A stretch of DNA of 63,407 nt, the filler included, from Phoronis australis (lineage: Eukaryota > Animalia > Phoronida): assembly GCA_002633005.1 (NCBI GenBank). It is 8 parts of 8 records of this genome, joined end to end, with 100 filler letters (N's around TTAATTAATTAA, not from the genome) between each part and the next. Parts side by side here need not be neighbours in the genome. Positions count along the whole stretch, not along the records: positions 1 to 15,487 come from NMRA01001531.1; 7 more parts are not named here. One strand, written 5' to 3'. Below, one piece after another: positions 1 through 13,600 of the stretch. The position numbers and the translations under genes are program-made. The notes under the pieces were generated by a model. That model saw only the letters and a program-made list of their open reading frames with translations. It was not told where the DNA came from and ran no database searches. Position 1 is the first letter of the stretch. Every line of letters begins with the position of its first letter.

Positions 1-296
1 TGTGCATTTTGCGACTGAGCAAAACGCGAAAACTGTAATTTTTGTTACGGTAAGTGAACTCGAGCCATAATAACTGATCAGTGAACGCTTTATCAGATAT
101 TTAATCAAATTTAAAATTAAAGTTTTATGAATGTTTATAATTATACCTCTACACTTTATGAAATAGTTTAACATATCCGCACTTAAAAAAGTAATAATTA
201 CGTTCGATATATAGTGATATGAGTTTCCAGGTTGTTGAGCAACTCATTTTTATCTGATCTATGTGACAGTAATTTTCAGTAGCGATACTTGTTTTA

Positions 297-402
297 CAAA
301 TTCCATGTAATTTGCAGACACTTTGGGACTGAATTGATTGCCTTATATTTTGCAAATTCCCAGTAATTTGCAGACACTTAGCGACTGAATTGATTGCCTT
401 CT
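297..402. repeat. Two-copy direct repeat, ~56-bp unit
   Basis: caaattccNNgtaatttgcagacacttNgNgactgaattgattgcctt occurs twice in tandem, starting at ~297 and ~353. Confidence 0.85.
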
Positions 403-1458
403 ATCTTCCGTCAGTATGTCAAGCATCGACACAATGATTTCATGCACGACTGAATGAGTCAAATATTCTTGTATGCGGGTGGGAACTGGTAGCATGTAGT
501 GAAGTCCAGACTGCGTTTCGAAGAAGCTAGACATTCACACGGGAAACTAGGTCGCAAGCTCGTCGCATAGATGTCGGTAGATAAACGTATCCAATGTTCA
601 TTTTGTTTTTCTTTCTTACAATAACTATAATAGTAAGTATTCATAGGTAACCGGCTGATATGCGCCCAAGGCACGATATCCGTGCGACCTGTATTGTTAT
701 ATCCAACAAAGACGCAACAACGGAAAACAACGGTAGCGTCCTATAGGCGATAACCATGCGACACGCTTACGCCCGTCGCATGGATCTCGCAAGTTAAACA
801 ATAGCTTGCGACCCCCACACGACGTCATTTGTACTCACTTGTGGCGAGAAATATTCGCTTATGGAACGGTAACTCATGAGTTCTATCCCATAATTCCACG
901 GTGTCCATCTTCACCGCCCAATCACTTCAGTGGCCGCGATTTTGCTAAAATACGCCAATAAGGATTCGAACACACTCGTGAAATTCTCGCCTTTCACTCG
1001 CGTGATCTCGCTTTTCTTGCTAGAAAACTGACCCGTGACACGCTCTGTTCTGAGTTGCAACCTAACAGAGCCATTAAACCATTAATAGAGAATGTTCTCC
1101 TGCCTCTAAACATGTTCTCAAAGAACGTTCCCACGATATCATTTAGCTATATATGAGCTATATCGTCTGTGACCAGACAGTTCTGACGTGCACGCACCGA
1201 ACCCTCGGCAAGACTCGCAGACACCAGTGTTGAATCCACTGGAAATAGTAAAAAGCCTATAGCAGATAATTAAAAATAGCTGATGACACGATGATAAGAC
1301 ATAGAGTAATAATCCAATATTGGATCCTGTTATACATTTTTCAAAAGTGAATCTAAACTGCATGTGTAATTAGTACCCAGAGTGGTCATGAAATCACCTC
1401 AACTTCGCTTAATATTGCAAAATTGCAAATTGCCAACCAGTTAAAACGTTCACCATTA

Positions 1459-1723
1459 CATGCGCGCTCGGGGGGGGGGGTGGCTCGGGGGGCTCGAATG
1501 AGCATTCCCCTTTTGGCGAAGTGGGCAAAAAGGTCCGCCACAGTGAAACAAAAAGTCCCAGGAAACGAGATAAAGTCCACCAAAAAGGCGCAGACACACA
1601 GTTCACAGTTATGAAGGTGTTACCCCGTTTTACTTTTTTTTATTCCTGCCGCCTTTTTGTCAGCAAAAGCTCCACATCGTCAGGAATTCGAGCCCCCCAT
1701 ATTAAAGGCTGGGTGCGCGCATG
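1459..1723 (+). mobile_element. MITE with CATGCGCGC termini and 5-bp TSD (copy 1)
   Basis: Terminal inverted repeats CATGCGCGC...GCGCGCATG, flanked by CATTA at 1454-1458 and 1724-1728. The interior matches the reverse complement of 2632-2903. Confidence 0.8.
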
Positions 1724-2631
1724 CATTACATGGTCATTTTGGTATTCAAGCCAAAACCACAAATATTAATATTGTGTAGGAGCCTAAAACGATCTAAATT
1801 TGGCAAATCTCGGAACATCATATCTCAGAAATTGTTGATCGGATTTTTATGAAACATTCAAATACAATCACAATTTAAGCACTATTCTATAGAATAGGCC
1901 TACTTTTAATCAGGAATTATTTTGCATGGGGGTCTATAACAGTAGAACGTATCTGATTTTTATAAAAAAACCTTAACTTCGAAAATTGATCGAACGTCTG
2001 AATTTAATTGTAAATCTGAAATTTACACCTCTCGTAATTTCACGAGACTAGGATTACTGTTACAGTCTTTGAGCCGTGGATCGGTTGGAACTTGTTTCAG
2101 TGGCAGAAAACTACTTTGAATAATGCACTTTAGTTTGTTTTTCGCGCTCTAGACCTATTTAAGTTCAAGGCTATCTTATTTTTTTCACATGGCCTCGAAT
2201 TCTATGGTTCTCAGTCATAAAAAGCATTAAAATTTCAGTAATATCATAATCATCAGGTGGTCTCTCTAGCTATGTTTTTATTGCAATTAGAAGGTATTCT
2301 GTTATTTCTGCTGGTCGTTAAATTAAACTGTTCTAATTGCTCTTTGATGTTACGTTGTTTTGTCGATGTGCCATGACTTCTAAGGATTTTACTTTTTAAT
2401 CAAAAAAGTGGATATTACTTTTAAAGTTCTAATTCGTTTAATGATAAGTAAATAAAACGGAACACTGAATTGTTAGTCCAGACATAGCGTCATTTCATTT
2501 AAAGTTGCAATTCGTCCTGTTTAGCTGACTAAACAGCAACCCTTTATTCTCGTAAAATTGATCTCATAACATTCCTTACCGTGATATGATTCTATTTCCG
2601 TTACTAACAAGAACATAGAAACCATCAGCTA

Positions 2632-2903
2632 CATGCGAGCACCCAGCCTAAAATATGAGGAGGAAGGGGGGCTCGAATTTTTGGGTATGCAGACCTTTTA
2701 CTGCAAGAAATTAACGAGGAATTAAAAAATGGGGTCACTAGATTCAGGCCTACGGATTGTGCATCTTCGCCAATTCCTGTTGGCTTCTTGGATTTTTGTC
2801 TCGTTTACTCGGACTTTTTGTTTCGCTGAAGCGGACCTTTTTGCCCGATTCACCAAAGTGGGGGGCTCGTTCGAGTCCCCCGACCCCCCTGGATGCTCCC
2901 ATG
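2632..2903 (-). mobile_element. MITE with CATG termini and 5-bp TSD (copy 2, inverted relative to copy 1)
   Basis: CATGCGAGC...GCTCCCATG ends, flanked by AGCTA at 2627-2631 and 2904-2908. The blocks ggactttttgtttc and gcggacctttttgccc are reverse complements of blocks in copy 1. Confidence 0.8.
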
Positions 2904-4312
2904 AGCTACTCGAGAAAACTCTTCAGAATTTATTGGCGTTGACCAACCCTGAAATTGCATATTCAAGAATGGCGCGATTATGTATGCCTGTGACTTGAGT
3001 TGCGGTTCATTCAATCTCAAGGCAGGATTAGCGTGGTGACGTTTTTAAACCCCCAAAGGGCTTCAGTTAAGAATTCAAATTTGACATGTAAATTAACAGG
3101 GCGAAATGCAGTTTTAGAAGTATTTCACGTTGGGGAAAATACCTTGTCCAGTCGCCCAATCACGTCCCCGTTTACCTGAAAGAAAAACGACTTGACTGCA
3201 TTTTGGGATCCAGAAATTAATTTTGATGATTTAAACTCGTTTCTCATCGATGTTGCAGATCACGTATTAGGCAGGTGGGGGGAGGTGGTGGTCCACAGTT
3301 TTGGAAGGAAAGCGCCCGTAAAATCGGCGCCGGTGGCATCTTGTTTTGTTTTGTTCTACGAGGAGGGGGTGGGGTGGTATGGGGTGGGGTGTGGCTCTTA
3401 ACCACCTATGTGTCGCTGCCTGTGTCAGTAGTGATTCACGCAGACCTTACACCTACTGTACTCCGACCCTGGAAAGACGATTGCCGATCGAAATTTATGA
3501 CCACGTTTATCGACAGATATAAAATTGAGCCGTCAAACTACCTGTGATAATTATTATTTAACTAAGACTAATGCTTGTAAAGCTCTGCCACTAAAAGGTT
3601 AACGCATCATTTAAGTACGTTGTCATTAATGTAGGCGAATTGTAGAAATAATTTGCAACGGTAAGTGATGCGTCGACTGCAGACTGCGCCCATTCACTGA
3701 CCAATGACATAAGGAGACATGACAGTCACAGAAAACGATTACTTCTTAGCGTGATACCTATGAATCTTTCATAAAACAGGGGGTTAAATGCTCGTGATAA
3801 CAACGAGACTTTATTGCATAAATGAATTTCTGTTGTTCTTAAACAGTACACACCATGGATTTTTGCACATTTTGAATTACCGGTGGCCACAGACTAAATA
3901 TATGACGTAAAATTTAGCTAAACCCATGTTTATTTTGTGTAATTAGCTCGAAATTCTGATTTTTCTTTGAATTTTGCCAATTTTCACATTTCCCGCCATG
4001 TGACGTCATGGGTTAAACACAAGAGATCAGTGCCTAGCATTGAACAATGGCGGAAAGCAGGGAAGTTGAAAGCGACGACGATTATGAGCTAAAATTGAAC
4101 GAATACTATGAAGAAACGTACGGGAATGGTGGCCAGGATGAGGAAATGAGAACATGTTTAATGTGCTTCCGGCTGCGTACTTTTCTACTTTGAGCCTTAC
4201 GAACTGGATCCTCCCGCGAGAGAAGCGGCCTCGGGCTCGGCGAGTCAACCCAGTCATCCAACAGACGATCCTGAATTAAGAGCTGATGTTTCTGAATGAT
4301 AAATATTGTCCT

Positions 4313-4549
4313 TTATTGAACCAGGCCTTCATCGTAACGTCTCTTGTGACTTGAGTCAAAACACGAGTCCTCAAAGTGGGCAGAACACAGAGTGGCCCCG
4401 GACCGAATCGCTTGGTCCACGATGACGTCCCACACTCTTGTTCGGCGCACGAAGCAATGCCACTTCTGCGCAACTTTGGTGTCCTTCGGAACACCGAGAC
4501 GTTCTCCGCCTGGCTGCTGTTGCTGCAGCCTCCGGAAACACATCTTTTG
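4313..4549 (-). pseudogene. Frameshifted THAP zinc-finger domain, probable DNA-transposon relic
   Basis: Two frames join to KRCVSGGCSNSSQAENVSV/FPKDTKVAQKWHCFVRRTRVW...TLCSAHFEDSCF, the C2CH THAP signature with conserved P, W and F. Frameshift near 4490, stop at 4313. Confidence 0.85.
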
Positions 4550-6649
4550 ATCCCTCTACGAACCTTCTCGACGCTAAATGTATTTTGCTTTCTCTTCACT
4601 CTATACACTTTGTCTCTGAACCGAACAGTATGGCGAACGACTTGGGTTCAACCCATGACGTTGTACATAATTTTTGCGTGTTTCTTTATGAGCTGTGCAC
4701 TAAAGGCATTGAAATCTAGTAAGATATAATAATAAAATTTATTTTGAGGTACTAGAGTCATGTTGTGTACGTTTTAAGCTTTTTCTTTGTGAGAACAAGC
4801 ATCTACACTTATGGAGAAGCACTCTTTTTATATAAAATGCATTAAGCCGAGGTTTTCTGTCAAAGAACCGGTATTGAGGACAGTTACCATTCTGAAAGTG
4901 GTAACAAACTATGCCTTACCTAAGTACAGATTTGGGAAGAACTGATAACACTCTGCCTTAGCTAAGTGTAGGTTTGGGAAGAACTGAAAATTCAATATTA
5001 CTTCAAATTAAGTTTATCAAAGAAATTTCTACTTTTTAAGGTCCACTGGTAGTCTAATTTAAGTGTATTGGCTGACGTTTCTTTTATTCATGTTGCCATC
5101 CACACCCATAGATCCACGTTTAAAGAAAATTAAATAAAATGAATAATATTTTTGAAACTTTATGAAGGCAAATTACTTTCATTGTGTTCTTGTTATACAT
5201 AGATACTCGATACTAGTTTGTTGTTCATCCAGGCGTATATTCATTTAATAGTGAATTATACAACGTGCTTTAGACAGCAACAGGCGCTTGCCTTCTTTCG
5301 TTCTCTGCATATCATTGATCTCTATTCCAAGTGATCCAAATACATCGTAAAATACTCTTAACGTATTCATTTTGGGGACGACGGGGTTAACTAGTCCGCA
5401 TAGTGGCTTCAAAATTTGTCCGCGGGTTTAAATCATGGGTGCCTTTCACACACAATAGGTGTGTAACACAGAAGCTAATTGTTTTATCACCCCCTGTGGA
5501 TTCTGGACAGCGAAGTCCGGAATGGTCGTTCAAAACCATCGTTTGTGGGACTAAGATGGTGGACTATCGCTGGATTTGCATGTTCCCTTGGCCTGACTAT
5601 TATTATAAGCTTAAGCACAGGCTTGAGTGACAATTCGGAACTGTCTACTCGGTTCACCGTTATCGAAGTAACATCAACGTCAATCGTGAAAATTGCAAAG
5701 GCATCGCAAAAATAATGGATTGGCTCCGGTTGGTTCGTGGAAGCATCTTCGAGTATTGTTGTATGACGATACCCTGAAAGTATCCTCTAAAAGAACTTGA
5801 AATTGTGTAGACCGTAGTAACAAATCGTTCTTTACAATTCTGAAAGAGTCGGGGTGCCATGATTTGTTAGTTTAACTGTTCAGCTCAGGTCTCTTTAAAA
5901 ACGTCAATAGGCAGAGAGCCGAAGCGGCAGAGTGATGATTCATTGGAAATGTCGTGTTAGATTCTCCAAGAAAAATATATATTTACTGAATGTGTGTTCG
6001 AATTTTCAATACTCGAAATTAAATTAAAAAATCAACTGATCTAAAGCTTTTCTCATTAACCTTTAAAGAGAACAAATAAACGCCATTGCGTTTGTGCTTG
6101 TTGACATCAAATCTCTGTTTTCCTTCATTAGATACATTTTTCCTGTTGTGTGTCATCCGGAATTTGTCATTGAGAACCAATCAGATGTCTTAGTCGGTTG
6201 ACGTGTCAAGATGTTGAAATTCTACCAAAATTAAGTTAGTTTAAACAGCTACAAGACACTTATTGCCACACAGTTTACAAAGTTTTAAATATGTTCGTGC
6301 TCTACATATACACCACAGGTATTTTGCGGGCTCTTGGAATTTGCCCTAAAATTTCCTCGAGGAAATGAAAAATCAGATATTGGAAGGGACTATATAAAAT
6401 CTTTCAGGCGGTTTATTACGTTCTGAGCGTGATGGTGAAGTCACGTGCAATATGTAAGGAAATTTGCCGAAAAACTTATCACCCAAAATGTATAAGCATA
6501 AGTTTAAAGTGTATAGGGTTCTCCAGGTGATAAAACAGATGAGACGCCTGGGGATTGCTCAGTAGCCATTTTTCAGGCAGCCCGCATCAGATATCCGATC
6601 TCCCTTCCGATCAGATGTCATTTGAACACTGTATCTTGTTAACTTCGTG

Positions 6650-6728
6650 ACAAGCTTGGTATCGCGACTCATTTGTAGTAAGTCTCACTACAACTGTGAG
6701 TCGCCCATAAGCTTGTAGTGCCCCTGGT
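6650..6728. mobile_element. Short palindromic MITE-like relic
   Basis: Nested inverted arms acaagctt/aagcttgt, gcgactca/tgagtcgc and ttgtagt/actacaa. Confidence 0.45.
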
Positions 6729-9700
6729 AACACTAGCTCTTGTGCAAGAGTTCACGATTGAATTGATGTACGCGTCGACCGAGTGAGTGTGCGATGCACT
6801 TACGTTTGTTGTAGTTTCTCATATAAAATTAATTATCTCCTTCAGAAACACTGAGAAAAACGAACTCCTGTAACTTCAAAGAACAATGAGTCACTGCTGT
6901 CAAGTAAAAGCACTTTGCTTTGTTATAAGAACGTTTGAGGCGAGAGTCGACATGCCATAGAAGAAAAACATTGTTTGGAGGATCGCGTAAAGTAGCGAGA
7001 AACAACTCATTGTCAATACAACAGTTTAATATTGAATAAATTATAAATGCAAATGACAAAGACATTAGAATGCGAATAAATAATAGCTACTGTGATGACT
7101 AAAGGCACGCACTGGCAACCAGTGCGTCTGTTCATTGAGTAGAGTTTATGTGATGGTTAGATATTACATTGACAAGGTTAACAGTGAGATCTGGCTGTTT
7201 TGATAAAGGATGAATAGTCCCATCCTAAGCTAAACACTTTCTCAATATAGAATAACGAATTCAATTGTGAATCTCGTTTTCGAAACGTTGTGCAGTTATA
7301 AGCAAAGAAAAATACACTAGTGCGCATCCGCGGGTGTTTCTTCAACTAGTCCGTTCCGTAACGCTAAATTTTAGTGAATGGAAGGCAGTAAGATCACGTG
7401 ACTTGTTGACAATGCATGAAGATATAACACAAAGTCTTCTCGGGACGAAACCCGCAAAACACTGACTTGACGGAACCCAGCTCCACACAGTAAAGTGTGG
7501 GAAACCAGTGACATAACAGTTAGGTTCCTCAGTGGACGGACGTGCAGCACTAGACGAGAGTAACGCATAATCCCAGTGGCATTGTTACATTTCAGGACGG
7601 GCTATTGTGTCCTATTCGTCCCATACATGTGCACTTTCACATTTACTTCGGTAAGTTTGCAACACATTTCACAGCATAAGCATCAACCTCTCATGAACTA
7701 TCCCACGACATTCATTTTCTATAATGTAATGAACACAGCATAATGCCTCAAAAGTGTCTATAAAACAAACTTGCATTGAAGTCGAAGACAATATCTCTAT
7801 TCACTTTGAGGATGCCATTTCTGGTGACGATTTGTTTCACAATAGTTTACACGAGCAGTCAACTTAACTTCAGTTGACAGCAACGCGAAAACAACAATTT
7901 GATATCTCGTATTACTTAACTTGATTGCACCGGGATATTACATAAAATATACAGGACAACATTGCAACACGCGCGTAATATAACTGAGATTGTCACAAAG
8001 GTAAATAACTTAAAACTGCTGGGACGAACTGTCGTTTGTAGCGGCTGATTCATGACATTTAAATAATAAATGATGCCTGGATAAATAACAAAAAACCAGA
8101 TCTCAAAATAAAAATAACACAAGTTAGCACCTTCAATAAATTAAGATGAGTTATGTACAACAGAGTGGAATGTTGAAATAAATACTGACTTTACCACACG
8201 AAATGTCACTAACGACTGTATGTTAACCCAGCTCCCTAGGTGTTTTTGAAGTCTGCTTCGTTTTCTTTGTGATCAACAGTTATTCTTATGAGAATCGCTG
8301 ACTATTCCTTAATTCCCATCGTCCACTTCCACAAAACGTAACGTGACAGCAACACATTTTGATTTTAAGCAAGTTAATACCTCCGTCGTCGTTCACAGAT
8401 TCAACACTCCATGGAATGTCTGGTGGAAAGTGGGTTCGATATGAATGATATGAACCATAGGTGGCGTGCCTAACTTGGTTCCGATACAGAACAGTAAAAG
8501 GCGTACATATAGATGTTCCAGGACCGATGACCCTGGAGTCCAAAAGTGGAAAAACCTGTGGAACATTTTAAAATGCTCCACGACAGCAATGTTAAAGTGA
8601 CCAAATAGGGTACTCTTCGCACACCCCCTCCGGAGCAGATGGTCGGAGACACCCGGCGAGAATTTGTCAGATCTGTTCTAATCTTCCAACATGTCGCGAT
8701 AATTTCTGGAACATAATAAAAATATCATAAGACTCTTCCATGGGGAATATGTTACAGTTTCTGAGCGTGTTATTCTCCAAGTTATCAATGTTAGCGTTGG
8801 TGGTTTTTTTAATTCCGGCAAATAAGATAATCGAAGAGCAATTTCACGCCCACAAATTACACAAGGGTACATTCGGCGTAAGTTTAGACACGGAATATGA
8901 TCACAGGTTAAACAGGAGTCTGTGAGGAGTTCTGTAGACACAAGAATATCGTGAGTAAAAACCTTGTAACCACTTGTTTCCCTTGAAAAGCATGGCGACT
9001 ATTCGCGAAGGTTTGCGTGGTTTTCCTGTTTTGTTGTTTTGATGTGATGGAAGGCGTGCTCGTAGTCGCTTTAAAACAGCTCAAGATCAACAGAACCCTA
9101 AAGCATTTTATTCACTAGCGATTACAATTGCCCTTCAAATTGTGCAACTCTAAAACATTCTTTACGGCACGTAAAAAGTCCATAAATTACATATGCAAGG
9201 CTGAGTGCTGTTGAATTAATAAGTCAGTAGCTAGGTGTACTTGAGTGAATGAACCCACTTGTTTTCATCCAATCAGCGACGTAATTAGTGACCAATCGAG
9301 TACCTTTACTGTTGCAGTAAGAAATGGTTCACGCACATTAACCCATTATTAAGGAAAACCTAGTGAATATAAATTGCCAAGCCATTCCCGAGAGTCAGTC
9401 GTTACGCACACGACATACGTTGTGATTTGTTTTGTTGTGTCTACTCTTTAATAAAAACTATCAGAATTCCAATCACGAAATGCCCATTAACAACTCGTCC
9501 CGGTCTGGAGAAGATTGGATCACCTGGTAAAATGTTATTAATCATTTTGTCGATCGGTCGACACGTCACGGCTACACTATGTACCCAGCAGCAACACGTA
9601 CGTGCGTGGAGTCATTCAACAAGCGATTTATCGCGTTGTGGATGATTTAAACCCATGACGCAGGTTCGTAAGAATTACTTAACGGGAATGACTGTTACCT

Positions 9701-10520
9701 CAGGCAGTGCCGGGGGTTAACGCTCGCATCATCATTACACACGGAAATAGCGGTTTCTATTTTTAGCGGTTCTTTCTTTTGCGTATCAACGAATGACTTA
9801 GGGGATTTTGCCAAAAATATATAAAAGTCATATCACCAATGTAATAATTCGCAATAAATGCACGAGTACCCACTAGGACCTATTTATGTTATCAAAATAC
9901 TATATTGCGAAATGACCTTTCAAAAGAAACTTCAAACTACCCAGACGTATGAATTCCGTGCAGCGTCTATCTGTGCTACAAGTCAATAACGAGGTTATCA
10001 AATGGGTGATTTATCAAACGATAGCCTAAATAACACAAAAGAGCAAAGGAGAGCTGCGTTTTGTTTCGTGATACTTGTCATGTACATATCTTCTGGCCTG
10101 CAAGAATTTTGCCTTCAGAGGTGCGATGGCCAATTACTCGTGACACGCCCCTTTGGGAAACACATAGGGAAATCCCAGTCAGTAACTTTCCTTCATTTTG
10201 ACTTATTTTAGGAACGACAATCTGACACCTTTTTGCTTTCCTTACTGAATTCTAATGATCCTGGTGATATTTGACAATCGCTTTCTAGACAAAAATAATA
10301 TTGCGTTACCGTTACGCATCGATTACCTCCGTCACGCGTGACACGGCGATACAAACAAACAGCAACTGACGGTATTTCCACCGAAGTTCTCCTCGTTGAG
10401 ACAAAAGAACAACTTTAATTTAATTTTTAACTCGGTATCTAATCGACAAAACATAGGGAGGAATTTGGATGATTACGAGTAAAAGCGGAGACAGACATCA
10501 TTGACGCGTCAACGTCCTGT

Positions 10521-10650
10521 ATTATTGTTATTATTACTATTATTGTTTTTATTATCATCATCATCATTATCATTACTGTTATCATTATTATAAAATTATT
10601 ATTGTTATTATCATCATCATCATTATCATCACTTTTGCTATTATTATTCT
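10521..10650. repeat. Imperfect (ATT/ATC)n microsatellite
   Basis: Directly visible trinucleotide run; it produces the low-complexity ORF 10439-10717. Confidence 0.9.
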
Positions 10651-13600
10651 TGTATTGTAAACATGGCGCCTCGAAACGGAACAAGTGGTGTATTCCATAA
10701 TTTGCAGGACGGAACAAAACTGGGGGGNACTGGTGATACGAGGGAACGAACTTAAAGACCCATCTACATGTGCTTTTTACTTTCCATAGACACCTGATGC
10801 ATGCAGTTTTTGTCGATTTTAGACATACGTAGATGCAACTGAAATTTTACAAAATAACACCGTGTCATGCAATCTAGGTATTCATTTCTAATACGACTGT
10901 GGACATCTTCGTTTGTTATGTTTTGAAATCTGAAAGTCAACCAGTTTGAGACGCCAAGTAAAAAGTAAGCGCCAAACGAGGCCATAGAATGTCAGTTCAA
11001 AGGTCCTGCACAGCAGCTGACAGAATTCATGCGTGACAGGTAGCACATCTTTTACAGCTTTTTTCACCCCGACATGGTCAGTTTTAACCACCTTAATTAA
11101 TATTCTCAATTGGAGAACAAGATTTCTCAGGGACAAAAACTCAAATAAAGGTCTGAGGACCCTGTAACATTCTGTTACTTCAAAATTCCAAAAGAGCAAA
11201 TAGAAACGAAAAATGTAATTCAAATTTTAAATTGCTGTTGGCGACTCAAAGTGAAAAACGTCCCATGATGGCGTTTGTGACTGTTTTCTGGTCCGTTTGA
11301 CGCTTCTGGAATGCCGAATATCACAAAACCGACGACTATGGGTAACGTATTGTCGCCGGAAAATGAGACACGTTAGTTTAGCATGGATTCGTTAATCCGG
11401 GTCGTCGAATGTGGAGGAGAGCAAACAGTTGTAGCACCTATCGATTGGGAATTTTCCCTATAGGTGTCACTGAAGGACATGGTCTGCAACTGTGGCGTTC
11501 TAAGGTTTAAACGTGACTTTAAAAATCTACTTATTTCGATCAAGGGTAAAACGTGCATCACTTGTCCTAATTGAGAAATGTGCGGCCTGGAGTAGTATGT
11601 TGAATAGCTATTAACATATGAAAATGTACTTCAAGTGAAGCAGGAATAATAAACTAAACGTTTCCATTACATCAGTTTTTGGCAATAGTAAGATTAAAAC
11701 ATGGACCTTTGCCGCACAAATAAAAAAGTTCTTGTTCATTCAACGTTTTTATTTTTGCGGTGACCGTCCGGTTTTTATCTATTTGTAAAACAACTAAGGG
11801 AAATTATAAAAAATGTAAAAAACAATACTCGCAAAAGTGACTTGTTTAGATTCGTAAATTCTCCTTCAGCTTCGGGTTATTTGTTAAAATGATATTGTAC
11901 AAAACGTTCTCCAAGGATATTTAGTACGGTCATGCACACCTTGTACGCGTAATTAAAACCACCAAAACGTGAGATCTTTTTCTTTTTACGCTGCAGTTAG
12001 TACTGGCAAGGCGACAATCGCCAATACTTTATCGCGTCAAAGTCAGTACTGTCGTGGTATTCGTGTTTGTCGCGAGTGATGACAATGTGTATTCTCGTCA
12101 CCAGTCTTATTGGTTTAGTGAAACCCGTTTAGACCTGTTTTTATATCTTTGAAGTATCACATAGTGTATTGCCAAGTCTGCTTGGCATTATGCCAAATAG
12201 TTCCTTGGTGGACAAAATCGATTATTATCAATGATTACTAGAGCACGCTAAATTATTTTCAATGAACTGGCAAGGTCAAAACGTGCCAAAGTTTATAATA
12301 CCATAAGGTATCAAATTACGTTGCAAAGAGTGCACCTCTACTGTTGGGCTCCCGGTATACTTTTCAGACGTAACCTTCGGCAACATCGCACTGATAGCAG
12401 GAATAACACGATGTACGGCCTCCGGATTCGGAGCTGCTTTCTGATCCACGGTCAGTCACGAAACGTATTTGCAATGAACATTCAACACAGTGTATTCCGT
12501 AGCTACAGGCTACACAAACAACACAGATGACGCACTTACAAACAGTTCTCACGGGACTGGTAAACCCAGTTCACTGACTCCTAAACAGGGCTAGTCACCC
12601 ACCGCCGGACTCCCAGTAACACCACTCAAAATACAGCTTTCGACTCACAAACACGATTCGGTGACTGCCAAAACGTTATACGGACATGGAGTCTGTGCAC
12701 CATATTTCTGAGCCCGGCAGGCACCCCAGGAACCAGCGAACCGTGTTTTTGGGTTCTTGAGCCATCGTTTTGTGTGTCCAGTACCGTATTTGGCGGTCAA
12801 TGAGATGTGTTTATGAGTCCGGACACGAGTTTGTGAGTCGTTGAACTGATTTTACCCGGCCTATGAATTCTATTTATAAGCAAAGATCTACCTACACTTA
12901 TGAGTGGGACAGCCGTGTTGTTCAGGTAGCCTGGAAGAAGACGTCCTAACAGTTCCATTATTTCGAAACTCAAAGATGCGGAGAATAATGTCAACGCTAG
13001 CTACAAAGTTACCACAACTCGTAAAATGTAGGTAAACAAAAGGACATATTTTGGTGGGCACACATTCTTTTAAGCTGTTTTCCAGAATTGTATTTTTCAA
13101 CCATTAGTAATCGAGAAAGGTGTGTCGGAAATATTTTACCGTTTTTTTGATATTGCTTCTCACAAACACTTTTTTCACCCGTTGGAAAAAAACAAGAGCA
13201 TGGCACAACACTCGTGTCCTTCACCCGTAATGTGCAACAGTGGTGTTTTTATCAAAGCTAACCACAACATCTGCTGTGCCTGTGTTCAAATTGCCTTCCT
13301 AAATAAAAGTTCTCATCGTTGTCTTTGTTACCAATATGAATTCTTGTGGTCGACGGCTTAACTTTGACAACTTTCTTGAATTTTGATACAAATTGATAAC
13401 AAAAACACGTTCTTGTATTCTCCACCTCCAAGCACTTGCCACGCGACCACGTATACCAGTGAGGGCTATCAGTTGGTTTCTTTTGCCTCCTGTTAGTCTA
13501 AAGATATTGTTCTAATTAACTGCTTACGATAAAAGTATGCGCCCAAGTTGAAAATGAGGTTTTACAAAGTACGATTCCATACTCAAGTTCACATTTGATT

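Noticed and set aside
8470-8652. Signal-peptide-like ORF (YLVTLTLLSWSILKCSTG)
   Set aside because: No in-frame ATG ahead of the hydrophobic stretch, no clear splice support and no recognisable domain.
10439-10717. 92-aa ORF with a hydrophobic I/M stretch resembling a TM helix
   Set aside because: It is the translation of an ATT/ATC microsatellite.
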